Below are positions 54,432 to 62,752 of a DNA stretch of 64,000 nt, piece by piece; positions within the stretch are counted from its first letter, which is position 1; every line of letters begins with the position of its first letter. Made by a program: the position numbers and the translations under genes. Source of the stretch: Verrucomicrobiota bacterium (GTDB taxonomy: Bacteria; Verrucomicrobiota; Verrucomicrobiia; Limisphaerales; SXTU01); contig JACRKB010000128.1 of the NCBI GenBank assembly GCA_016235545.1, forward strand, positions 580-64,579, read 5' to 3'. The notes beneath the pieces were generated by a model. That model saw only the letters and a list, made by a program, of their open reading frames with translations. It made no database searches and was not told the DNA's origin.

Positions 54432-55046
54432 TCAGAGGGCGAGGAAGTTTTTCAACAGCGCCAGCCCGAACTTGTGGCTCTTCTCCGGGTGGAATTGCGT
54501 GCCCCAGATATTCCCTCGCTGCACGGCGGAGGCGAAGCGGTGGCCATACTGCGTCCACGTCAGCACGTCCGCCGCGTCATCGCAGACGAGGTGGTAGGAA
54601 TGCACGAAGTAGAAGCGTGGTTCGGGCGGAAGGTCGCGCAGCAGCGGGTCAGCCTTCGCAGGCTCGATGTAGTTCCAGCCCATGTGCGGCACCTTGAGCT
54701 GCGAAGGCGGGACGGCGCGCTTGAACCGGATGGTGTTGCCGGCAATCCACCCGAGGCCGGGCAACACGCCCTCCTCGCTGCCGCGTGTGAAGAGCTGCAC
54801 GCCCAGACAGATGCCGAGAATGGGAATCTTCCGTTCCAACACCTGCTGGTTCAGAACTGGAATCAACCCGCGCTCGCGCAGCTTCGTCATGCCGTGATCG
54901 AACGCGCCGACGCCGGGGAGGATGAGCTTGTCCGCTTGCGCGATGACGGCGGGATCCTCGGACACCGTGAAGGCGCCGCCCGCCTTGCGCCCCATGTTGA
55001 CGATGGAGCCGAGGTTGCCCATCCCGTAGTCAATTACGGTGGTCAT
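54432..55046 (-). CDS. hisH: HisH-like glutamine amidotransferase subunit
   Basis: Trimmed to ATG 55046 (MTTVIDYGMGNLGSIVNM), giving 204 aa. It has LILPGVGAF, the catalytic GICLGVQ and the terminal FHPEKS. Confidence 0.9.
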   Translation of the reverse strand: MTTVIDYGMGNLGSIVNMGRKAGGAFTVSEDPAVIAQADKLILPGVGAFDHGMTKLRERGLIPVLNQQVLERKIPILGICLGVQLFTRGSEEGVLPGLGWIAGNTIRFKRAVPPSQLKVPHMGWNYIEPAKADPLLRDLPPEPRFYFVHSYHLVCDDAADVLTWTQYGHRFASAVQRGNIWGTQFHPEKSHKFGLALLKNFLAL

Positions 55047-55060
55047 CTTCGGTGCGTCGG

Positions 55061-55705
55061 TCAGACATTCAGCCGCCGCTGCCGAAAGGCCTCGAACTGG
55101 GCGCTCGGGATGTAGCCGTTGTATTCCACAGCGCTGCGATGGAAGACGCATTTCGAGCGGTTCAATTGCTTGATCAGGCGGGCTGGATTGCCACCAATCA
55201 CGCAGTAGCCTTCGGGGAACGGCTTCGTCACCACGGCGCCAGCCCCGACAATCGTGTAGTCGCCCAACTCCACACCTGGGAGGATCACGGCGTTCATCCC
55301 GATCCAACAATACTTGCCAACCCGCACGGTGCTCGGCTCTGGATGTTTGCGGTTGTCATGCAAGTCGTGGTTGGCCGTGATGATGCCGACGTTTGGCGCG
55401 ATCTGCGTGTAGTCGCCGATGTAGATTTTCCCAATCGCCTGGATGTAGCAGCCGGGCGAGTAGCCGGGGCACGTCTCGATGCCGCAATACACATTGTTCG
55501 CCCCCGCCACAGTGCTGGTGAAGTGACACGGCCAATATACATGACGGTTGAACCCGAGAACCTTTTGGAAGAACCAGGTCCGAAATGTGATTGGCGTCTG
55601 AGTTCCCTGGGTTTCGTGAATCGGACGCAGCGCCGGCACGGTCCGCACAATCCACCAACCGAACGCTACGAGCGCCCGGTAGCAGGGTCGCAGCAGAGCT
55701 TTCAC
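55061..55705 (-). CDS. Hexapeptide-repeat O-acetyltransferase (WbbJ/LacA/NodL-like)
   Basis: Only the C-terminal 214 aa of the 518-aa track ORF look real. GTG 55705 forms a GTGA overlap with the flippase stop. Left-handed beta-helix repeats include IGDYTQIAPNVGIITANHD...VGKYCWIGMNAVILPGVELGDYTIVGAGAVV. Confidence 0.8.
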   Translation of the reverse strand: MKALLRPCYRALVAFGWWIVRTVPALRPIHETQGTQTPITFRTWFFQKVLGFNRHVYWPCHFTSTVAGANNVYCGIETCPGYSPGCYIQAIGKIYIGDYTQIAPNVGIITANHDLHDNRKHPEPSTVRVGKYCWIGMNAVILPGVELGDYTIVGAGAVVTKPFPEGYCVIGGNPARLIKQLNRSKCVFHRSAVEYNGYIPSAQFEAFRQRRLNV

Positions 55706-56985
55706 CTTCCAGCCCCCTGAGCAAAACGGTGCGAGCGCCAGAGGTAGTAGAGGTAGATGCTTCCGAAGTTGAGCGAGAAGCAGAGCAGCGTTATCAGCGC
55801 GTCCCCCGACAGCCAATAGCCAAGCCCCAACGCGGCGGCACTGGAGGCGATGATGTGGAGATGCAGCCACAAATCCTCCTGCTGCCTCCCGGCCAGCAGG
55901 AAGGTGTGGGTAAGCGGACTCACAACGAACTTCAGCAGGAACATCACGCTCATCACCTGTGTGAGGCGGCCCGCCATCCGCCAGGATTCTCCGAACACCC
56001 ATGCGAACAGCTCCGGCGCGGCGAGCATCAGCACCAGAAACGGCCCGGCGCCCAGCAGCGCCAGATGCTTCAACGTCTTTCGGAAAATCTCCCGGCAATT
56101 GCCGTGCTCGGCGTAGTCCCGGCTCGCCTGGCTGCGGAACACCTCGCCCACCGCTCCGCCCACCAGCGTCGTGGGAATCCCAATCACCCGCTGACCCATC
56201 GCATACCAGCCCAGCACCGCCATGCCGAAAAACTTTGGCAGCAGCAGCACGACCAGTTGGTTGGACAAGCTGTTCAACAGCTCGGCCCCCAGCGTGAATT
56301 TTGGGAAGCTGGCGAAGCGCGCCGCCTCCGCCCGGATGGCGCGGAGGCTTGTCTGCGACCGCAGGGCGCGCAGCAAAGCGGACGAGGGCCGCCACAGGAT
56401 CGCGAGCGTGGCGACTTGGACAACGAGAAACCCGCAGACCAGTCCTGCCGCGCCCCAGCCGGCAAAGCCAAGCGCGATATTGGCAGCGGTGCCGGCCAGC
56501 GCCCCGGCCATCCGGCTGTTCGACAGCGCGCCGTAGGCCTGCTGGCGATTCGCCCAAACTGTCAGCACGAGGCCCAGGTTTGTCAGCACCACGGCCAGTG
56601 GCACCAATTGGAGCCAAGGGGCCAGGAGCGGATCCCCCAGCCAGGCGGCGAGCGGATGGCAGGTGAACCAGAGCAGCACGGTCAGCACTGCCGCAACCAC
56701 GGTTGTTATCAGCATGCTCGCTCCGACAAGCGCCGTGGCCGCCGCATCCTCCTTGGGAATCAGGATGGCGAGGTCGTATTTGCCACTGGCAAACAGCGCG
56801 GACAAACCTACCACCGCCCCGAACAGTGCGAAGACTCCGTAATCCTCGGGGCGATAGAGCCGCGTGAGCAACGGAGCAGCAAGGATGGTCAACGCCTGCG
56901 CGGCTGCCGTGCCGGTCGCCAGCGTCAGCACCTGCCGCGTGAAATCCGACCGCTGCCGGAACAGATTGGTCAGGGAGAGAATCAC
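55702..56985 (-). CDS. wzx: Wzx-type oligosaccharide flippase (MOP superfamily polysaccharide biosynthesis protein)
   Basis: 427 aa with a GTG start. The N-terminus LTLATGTAAAQALTILAAPLLTRLYRPEDYGVFALF is typical. About 12 TM helices. Confidence 0.8.
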   Translation of the reverse strand: MILSLTNLFRQRSDFTRQVLTLATGTAAAQALTILAAPLLTRLYRPEDYGVFALFGAVVGLSALFASGKYDLAILIPKEDAAATALVGASMLITTVVAAVLTVLLWFTCHPLAAWLGDPLLAPWLQLVPLAVVLTNLGLVLTVWANRQQAYGALSNSRMAGALAGTAANIALGFAGWGAAGLVCGFLVVQVATLAILWRPSSALLRALRSQTSLRAIRAEAARFASFPKFTLGAELLNSLSNQLVVLLLPKFFGMAVLGWYAMGQRVIGIPTTLVGGAVGEVFRSQASRDYAEHGNCREIFRKTLKHLALLGAGPFLVLMLAAPELFAWVFGESWRMAGRLTQVMSVMFLLKFVVSPLTHTFLLAGRQQEDLWLHLHIIASSAAALGLGYWLSGDALITLLCFSLNFGSIYLYYLWRSHRFAQGAGR

Positions 56986-57016
56986 GACGAAAACAGACTG
57001 GCCGGGTTTGGTGCGG

Positions 57017-57585
57017 TCATCCTTGCGCGGGCGGGCGCAGTTTCCGGTCCAGGTGCCGGCGGACTAGCAGCACCGCCACAGCCACAGCCGCGAGGCCGCT
57101 CACGGCGAGCATCCCTCGCCAGATGTTGCTGTCCTTGAACGCGTGGCCCAGCGAAACAAAGGCGATGGCGTAGGCAAGTTGGACGGGAAACGAGATGGTC
57201 AGGTAGCGGACGAACCGCACTTGAGCGAGGCCGAGCAGGTAGTTCTGCACGAAGAGCGGCACGCCCGGGGTCACGCGCAGGAGGAGAATCCACAGGGTTT
57301 CCTCCGCCTCGGGAATCTGCGGAGCGCTCTTGCCCCGCGCGCGCAGCCATGACTCGATGGGTTGTCTTAGCCATTTCCGAGCGAGCCAGTAGCCGACCGT
57401 CTGGTTGAGGATGAGCGCGAAGGCCGAGAGCATGCCGCCCAGCCCCGCGCCGGCGTGTATGCCCTGGCAATCCAGAGCGGGCTGATCGACACGCCCAGCA
57501 GCGGCAACACCACTTGCGCCCCCACCAGGCCGGGCAGCGGCAGCGCCTCAATGAAGGCGAACAGCTCTTGCAGCATTCCACTCAT
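57017..57585 (-). pseudogene. TVP38/TMEM64 (DedA-related) family membrane protein, frameshifted
   Basis: The N-terminal 72-aa ORF (MSGMLQELFAFIEALPLPGLVGAQVVLPLLGVSISPLWIA...) and the 138-aa ORF (...GIHAGAGLGGMLSAFALILNQTVGYWLARKWL...VTPGVPLFVQNYLLGL) are consecutive parts of one protein in different frames. The shift lies near 57440-57460. Confidence 0.7.
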
Positions 57586-57697
57586 GAGGTTGCGTTGCGC
57601 TAACTGGAGACGGGGCGCGTGTGATGGCCCCGAGGGCGGGGCGGTTCACAATCCACAGGCTGCGCGCGGCTGCTGCGGGCGGGACGCAAGTGCTCCG

Positions 57698-58570
57698 TCA
57701 CTTGGACAGATCGGGCGCAGACCATTGCGCCCGATTTTCAGAAAGTATCTGCTCCAAGGCTAGTGGCCGGTAGCCCAGAGCTGCGCAGGTCGCTGTGTTG
57801 TCGAGGGACAAGTCGGCTGGCCGGATGCGCTCGCTCCTTGTTTCGCCTCGGATCAGGCCGGCGTTGAGGTTGAAGGCGGCGGCAATCTTCCTTGCAAATG
57901 CCTCGCGCGAAAACCCATGGCTGCCACAGGTGTGGAAGACACCTTCGCTCCGCCGGGAAATGATCCGCCGCAGCATCTCAAAGAGTGTGCCGAGATAGGT
58001 GGGGTTGCTCACCAGATCAGAAAACGCGGGGAAGGGCTGCCCCTTTCGCAGGGTGTCGAGCACGAGCGACACGAAGTCACGTGGGTAACCAAAAATGCTC
58101 GATGAGCGGGCGATGGCGTATTTGCGGCTGCTCGCGCTGAGCAGGTGTTCCGCCGCCAGTTTGCTTTTTCCGTATTCGGTCCTGGGCGCGGCAGGGGAGG
58201 TTTCGGAATACGGGCCGGCAGTCCCCTCGAAAACGTAATCGGTGGAGAGATAGACAAAAAAGCAATCCCTCCCTGCAATCGCGTCCACCAGATTCCTCGT
58301 GGTGTCGACATTTGCCTGGCGTGCGAGCGCCGGGGCTTTTTCCAGCGCGAACACATCCTTGTTGCCGGCGAGATGGAGGACCGCGTCGGGCCGTTGCTCG
58401 GCGATCAGCCTGGCGACCGCCGCCGGATCGGCAAGGTCGCAGCCGATGGTCCCGTTCGCTTCCCGCCCGGGGCGATCGACCCGAATCAGCGGCATGGCCG
58501 GGTCTGAAAAACATCTGGCGAGCGCCGAGCCAACCACGCCCGCAGCACCGGTGAGCAGCACTCGCGTCAT
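57698..58570 (-). CDS. RmlD-like NAD(P)-dependent sugar reductase (dTDP-4-dehydrorhamnose reductase family)
   Basis: 290 aa starting MTRVLLTGAAGVVGSAL, with the catalytic YGKSK. An ATGA overlap links it to the upstream GT2. Confidence 0.75.
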   Translation of the reverse strand: MTRVLLTGAAGVVGSALARCFSDPAMPLIRVDRPGREANGTIGCDLADPAAVARLIAEQRPDAVLHLAGNKDVFALEKAPALARQANVDTTRNLVDAIAGRDCFFVYLSTDYVFEGTAGPYSETSPAAPRTEYGKSKLAAEHLLSASSRKYAIARSSSIFGYPRDFVSLVLDTLRKGQPFPAFSDLVSNPTYLGTLFEMLRRIISRRSEGVFHTCGSHGFSREAFARKIAAAFNLNAGLIRGETRSERIRPADLSLDNTATCAALGYRPLALEQILSENRAQWSAPDLSK

Positions 58571-59298
58571 GAGCAGAGCCGGGCGGTGATGACCTTGGCG
58601 ATGAAGCGCAAGTAGCGGACGCTCTCGCGGAAGAGGCGCAGCTTCGTCTCTCCATGGATGCGTTTGCCGTAGATGATCGGAATCTCCGTGACGCTGAAGC
58701 CCGCGCGCTTGGCGTGGATCAGGAACTCGACGAGGAACACGTTGCCCTCGTTTATCAGGCGAGGCTTGATCGCATCGAAGACGCTCTTCTTAAACATCCG
58801 AAAGCTGTGGGACGTGTCTGTTTCGGGAAACCCAGTCGCGAGGCGCGTGAGGAACCGCCCGAGGAAACTGGCGTAGATCGCGAGCCGCGACTTGTCCTTC
58901 ATCATCTGGCCATCGAGGTAGCGTGAGCCGATGACGATGTCGTGCTGGCCCATGAGGGAGAGCATTTTGGGAAAGCATTCGGGATCGTGGCACAAGTCCG
59001 CGTCTATGCAGACGATGTTCGCCTTCGACGCCAGCTCAAATCCCTCAAACCAGGAGCGTGCGAGGCTGGGCCGGCCCTTTCGGAGGTGGACGACGAGCGA
59101 GGGCATCGTCGCGGCGAGGCTGCGCAAGGTTTCGCGCGTGCCGTCCGTGGAGTTGTCGTCTGCCACAACGATCTCGCCGTCAATGTTGTTCGCCTCAAAG
59201 ACCCTCTGGATTTGGGGCAGGAGGATGGCGATGTTTTCCCGCTCGTTGAAGGTCGGGATGACAACCGAGAGTTGCCGCGAGGAAGGAGGGATTGACAT
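58567..59298 (-). CDS. GT2 polyprenol-phosphate glycosyltransferase (Dpm1-like, soluble type)
   Basis: 243 aa with LSVVIPTFNERENIAILL, VADDNSTDGT and CIDADLCHDP motifs. Confidence 0.8.
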   Translation of the reverse strand: MSIPPSSRQLSVVIPTFNERENIAILLPQIQRVFEANNIDGEIVVADDNSTDGTRETLRSLAATMPSLVVHLRKGRPSLARSWFEGFELASKANIVCIDADLCHDPECFPKMLSLMGQHDIVIGSRYLDGQMMKDKSRLAIYASFLGRFLTRLATGFPETDTSHSFRMFKKSVFDAIKPRLINEGNVFLVEFLIHAKRAGFSVTEIPIIYGKRIHGETKLRLFRESVRYLRFIAKVITARLCS

Positions 59299-59330
59299 GG
59301 AGGGTGCCGAGCTTTGTCCCGCGTGGTTGC

Positions 59331-59750
59331 CTATGCCTTGTAGAAATCCGGCCTCTCCTCGTCCATGCGATGCGAGAGCATGTTGAGCCAGGTCGAGTCC
59401 TCGATGGTGGTGAAAGTGTGCACCACGTAGGGCTCAATGATGAAGGCCATGTGCGGCTTGGCGCGGAAATGGTGTTCCTCGTTCGTGACGATGTTCCTCA
59501 CGTCGATCTGGATCTCGCCGCTCAGGATGTAAAAAAGCTCCTTGGTGTAGCGGTGATAATGGTTGCCGCGCTCGACGCCCGCCCGGGTGTGGATGTAGTT
59601 GACCTCGCCCCAAGTGTATTTGTTGATGATGCCCAGGAAGCCGCCACGCTGGTCCTCGTGGATGACGTATTTTTCCAGAAACTCCACGGGGGGTCTGCTG
59701 TTGACGGGGATGGGGCTGCTGGCTGCGGCTTGCTGCTCGGGGGATTTCAT
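59331..59750 (-). CDS. Cupin-fold sugar isomerase/epimerase (WxcM/FdtA-like or RmlC-related)
   Basis: 139 aa. HEDQRGGFLGI...RGNHYHRYTKELFYILSGEIQI is a cupin His cluster typical of nucleotide-sugar ketoisomerases/epimerases. An ATGA overlap links it to rfbB. Confidence 0.65.
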   Translation of the reverse strand: MKSPEQQAAASSPIPVNSRPPVEFLEKYVIHEDQRGGFLGIINKYTWGEVNYIHTRAGVERGNHYHRYTKELFYILSGEIQIDVRNIVTNEEHHFRAKPHMAFIIEPYVVHTFTTIEDSTWLNMLSHRMDEERPDFYKA

Positions 59751-60847
59751 TTCGTCCGGTTCACTTGAGGGGATTTTCGGTTGAGGGGAGCGGGTGTCAA
59801 GCGTGCCTTGCCGCAGGCCGCCGGTTCGGGGAGCGCACTTCCGCCGCCACGCGCGGGCTGCTGCGTCAGATACCGCCGCACGGTTTCACGGATGCCGCTC
59901 TCGAAGCTGTGCATGGGCTGCAAGCCGAGTTCGCGGCGCGCCTTTGCCGTGTCCATTGCGTAGCGGCGGTCGTGGCCGGGGCGGTCGGGCACGAAGGTGG
60001 TGAGCCGTCGCGTGTTGCCACCGAGCTGCGGGGCCAGCTCATCCACGAGGTCGCAGAGGTGTTCCACGAGGCGGAGGTTGGGCCATTCATTGCCGCCGCC
60101 GAGGCAGTAGGTCTCGCCGGCGCGGCCGCGCATCAAGGCTTGCCACAGGGCTTGGGCGTGGTCGGTCACGTGGAGCCAGTCGCGGATGTTTTGGCCGTCG
60201 CCATAGACGGGGATGGGCTGGCGGGCAGCGGCGCGGATGATGACCAGCGGGATGAGCTTCTCCGGGAACTGGCGCGGGCCATAGGTGTTCGAGCCGTGCG
60301 TGGTGACGGTGTCCAGGCCGTAGGTTTGGTGGTAGCTGCGGACGAGCAGGTCGCTGGCGGCTTTGCTCGCGGCGTAGGGCGAGTTCGGCGCGTAGGGCGA
60401 GGTCTCGGTGAAGTGGCCGGCGGGGCCGAGGCTGCCGAAGACTTCATCGGTGCTGACGTGCACGAATCGGGTCTGGGGCCTGGGGTCTGGGGTCTGGGTC
60501 CAAGCCGCGCGGCACGCTTCGAGCAGGTTGAAGGTGCCCACGACGTTTGTTTGGATGAAGTCGCCGGGGGCTTCAATCGAGCGGTCCACATGAGACTCGG
60601 CAGCGAGGTGGAGCACGTGGGTGATGGTGTGGTCGCGGACGACGCGTGCGACGGCGGGTTTGTCGCGGAGGTCCACTTGCTCGAAGTGGTATTTCGGATG
60701 GCTGGCAACGGCGGCGACATTCTCCAAACGTCCGGCGTAGGCGAGGCAGTCGAGGTTGACGACGCGCTCGACTTCGGGCTGGCCGATGGCGTGTTCAAGC
60801 ACATGGGAGCCGATGAAGCCGCAACCGCCGGTGACCAACAGGTTCAT
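59747..60847 (-). CDS. rfbB: dTDP-glucose 4,6-dehydratase
   Basis: ATG 60847 (MNLLVTGGCGFIGSH); the track start is TTG. It has HLAAESHVDRS, the catalytic YAASKAASD, and a ~35-aa C-terminal extension. Confidence 0.9.
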   Translation of the reverse strand: MNLLVTGGCGFIGSHVLEHAIGQPEVERVVNLDCLAYAGRLENVAAVASHPKYHFEQVDLRDKPAVARVVRDHTITHVLHLAAESHVDRSIEAPGDFIQTNVVGTFNLLEACRAAWTQTPDPRPQTRFVHVSTDEVFGSLGPAGHFTETSPYAPNSPYAASKAASDLLVRSYHQTYGLDTVTTHGSNTYGPRQFPEKLIPLVIIRAAARQPIPVYGDGQNIRDWLHVTDHAQALWQALMRGRAGETYCLGGGNEWPNLRLVEHLCDLVDELAPQLGGNTRRLTTFVPDRPGHDRRYAMDTAKARRELGLQPMHSFESGIRETVRRYLTQQPARGGGSALPEPAACGKARLTPAPLNRKSPQVNRTK

Positions 60848-60859
60848 CCACAATCGGGC

Positions 60860-62611
60860 TTAGCTCGTCCGCGTGACCATCCAATCGCCGAGCACCAGCA
60901 CGTCCATCTTCGTGCGGAGGAAGCAGTCGAGCGCTTCTTGCGGGCGGCAGACGACAGGTTCGTTTTCGTTGAATGAGGTGTTGAGCACGATGGGCACGCC
61001 GGTCCGTTCGCGGAAGGCTTCGATGAGGCGGTGGTAGCGCGCGTTCGTGTCACGATGGACGGTTTGCAATCGTCCCGAGCCATCGGCGTGCGTGGTGGCG
61101 GGGATTTGCGCGCGCCTGGCTTCGCGGACTTGGAAGACTTCCATCATGAAGGGCACGTCGTCGTCCTGCTCGAACCACTCGCTGACGTGCTCGCGAAGAA
61201 TGCTCGGGGCGAAGGGGCGGAAGCTCTCGCGGCGCTTTATCTTCAGGTTGAGAATGTCCTTCATGTCGGCGCGGCGCGGGTCGCCGAGGATCGAGCGGTT
61301 GCCGAGGGCGCGCGGGCCCCATTCCATGCGGCCTTGGAACCAGCCGATGACTTTGCCTTCGGTGATGGCCTGGGCGGTGCGGCCGCACAGGGCGGCTTCG
61401 TCTGTGAAGTGCTCGATGGTGCAGCCTTCCGCGGCGATGGCGGCGGCTTTGGACTCAAGCAGCGACTTGACTTCAGCGTTGCTGGAGCTTGGTCCCCAGT
61501 AGCCGTGGTCCATGTGCGGGCGGGATTTCACGTCGCCGAGACGGTTTGCCACGACGAAGGCGGAGCCGATGGCCCCGCCGGCATCGCCCGCAGCGGCGGG
61601 GAGATACATCCGCTTGAACGGGGAGTTGAGATACACCTTGCCGTTGGCGACGGAGTTCATCGCGCAGCCGCCGGCGAAGGCGAGGTTCGGGCACTGGTAT
61701 TTCTTGTGCAACGCGGCCAGCAGTGCGGCGAAAGCCTCCTCATACATGACCTGCGCGGAGCGGGCCAGGTCCTTGTGGCGCTGTTCGAGCGGCTCGCCGG
61801 CCTTGCGCGCGGGGCCGAGGAGTTCCTCCAGCTCGGGGCTGAAGACGGTGCCAATCTCGGGCGAGCAGTTGTCCCATGTGTAATGGACGTTTTCACGGTG
61901 GTGCCGGAAAAACTCCAGGCCGAGGCGGAAGGTGCCATCGCTCTGCACACGGACGATTTGGCGCATCTGCTCCACATAGGTGCGCTGGCCGTAGGGGGCA
62001 AGGCCCATGACTTTGTATTCGTCGCCGTAGTGGGGGAAGCCGATGAGCTGCGTGACGGCCGTGTAGAATAGGCCCAGTGAGTGCGGGAAGAAAACACGCC
62101 CGTCGATCTGGATGTCCCCGCCCCGGCCCATGCCCCACGCTGAGCTGGCGAAATCACCGAAGCCATCCACGGAGAGACACACCGCCTCGTCGAAATTGCC
62201 GACGTGAAAAGCGGAGGCCAGGTGCGCGAGGTGGTGCTCGATGTGATGAAACTTCGCGCGGAGCGGCTCGCCGGCAAAGGCTGCGGCCAGCGAATCCTCG
62301 ACGGACGCGGCGCGGCGGATGTTGCGCACGCGGTTGAGGATGAGTTTTGGGCTGGGCATCCGTCGCAGCGCGTAGGCGATACGGCGGAAGTTGTTCACGC
62401 CCGGATCGCGGTTGAGCGAGATGTGCTCGACATCGGCGAGCTTCAGCCCGCCTTCACTCAGCACGTAGCGGATGGCCTCCGAGGGCATGCCCGACCAGTG
62501 CTTGATGCGGCGGAAGCGTTCCTCCTCCGCGCAGGCGATGAGTTTGCCATCGCGCACGAGACAGGCGGAGGAGTCGCCGTGAAAGGCGTTGAGTCCGAGT
62601 ATGACGGCCAT
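60860..62611 (-). CDS. Carbamoyltransferase (NodU/CmcH family), second copy
   Basis: Trimmed to ATG 62611 (MAVILGLNAFHGDSSACLVRDGKLIACAEEERFRRIKH), giving 583 aa. It is a paralog of 20891-22741. Confidence 0.9.
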   Translation of the reverse strand: MAVILGLNAFHGDSSACLVRDGKLIACAEEERFRRIKHWSGMPSEAIRYVLSEGGLKLADVEHISLNRDPGVNNFRRIAYALRRMPSPKLILNRVRNIRRAASVEDSLAAAFAGEPLRAKFHHIEHHLAHLASAFHVGNFDEAVCLSVDGFGDFASSAWGMGRGGDIQIDGRVFFPHSLGLFYTAVTQLIGFPHYGDEYKVMGLAPYGQRTYVEQMRQIVRVQSDGTFRLGLEFFRHHRENVHYTWDNCSPEIGTVFSPELEELLGPARKAGEPLEQRHKDLARSAQVMYEEAFAALLAALHKKYQCPNLAFAGGCAMNSVANGKVYLNSPFKRMYLPAAAGDAGGAIGSAFVVANRLGDVKSRPHMDHGYWGPSSSNAEVKSLLESKAAAIAAEGCTIEHFTDEAALCGRTAQAITEGKVIGWFQGRMEWGPRALGNRSILGDPRRADMKDILNLKIKRRESFRPFAPSILREHVSEWFEQDDDVPFMMEVFQVREARRAQIPATTHADGSGRLQTVHRDTNARYHRLIEAFRERTGVPIVLNTSFNENEPVVCRPQEALDCFLRTKMDVLVLGDWMVTRTS

Positions 62612-62752
62612 ACAGATGAAATCAGGCCAAGCTGCCGCCCTTGGTCGCGAGCCGGAAAACTCCGGCGCAACCACTCGGGCGCACTGCGTTCAATTGTCTG
62701 TTTCGCGACACGGGGTCGGAAACCACTGCGGCCCGGCGAACCGGGCGGAAAA

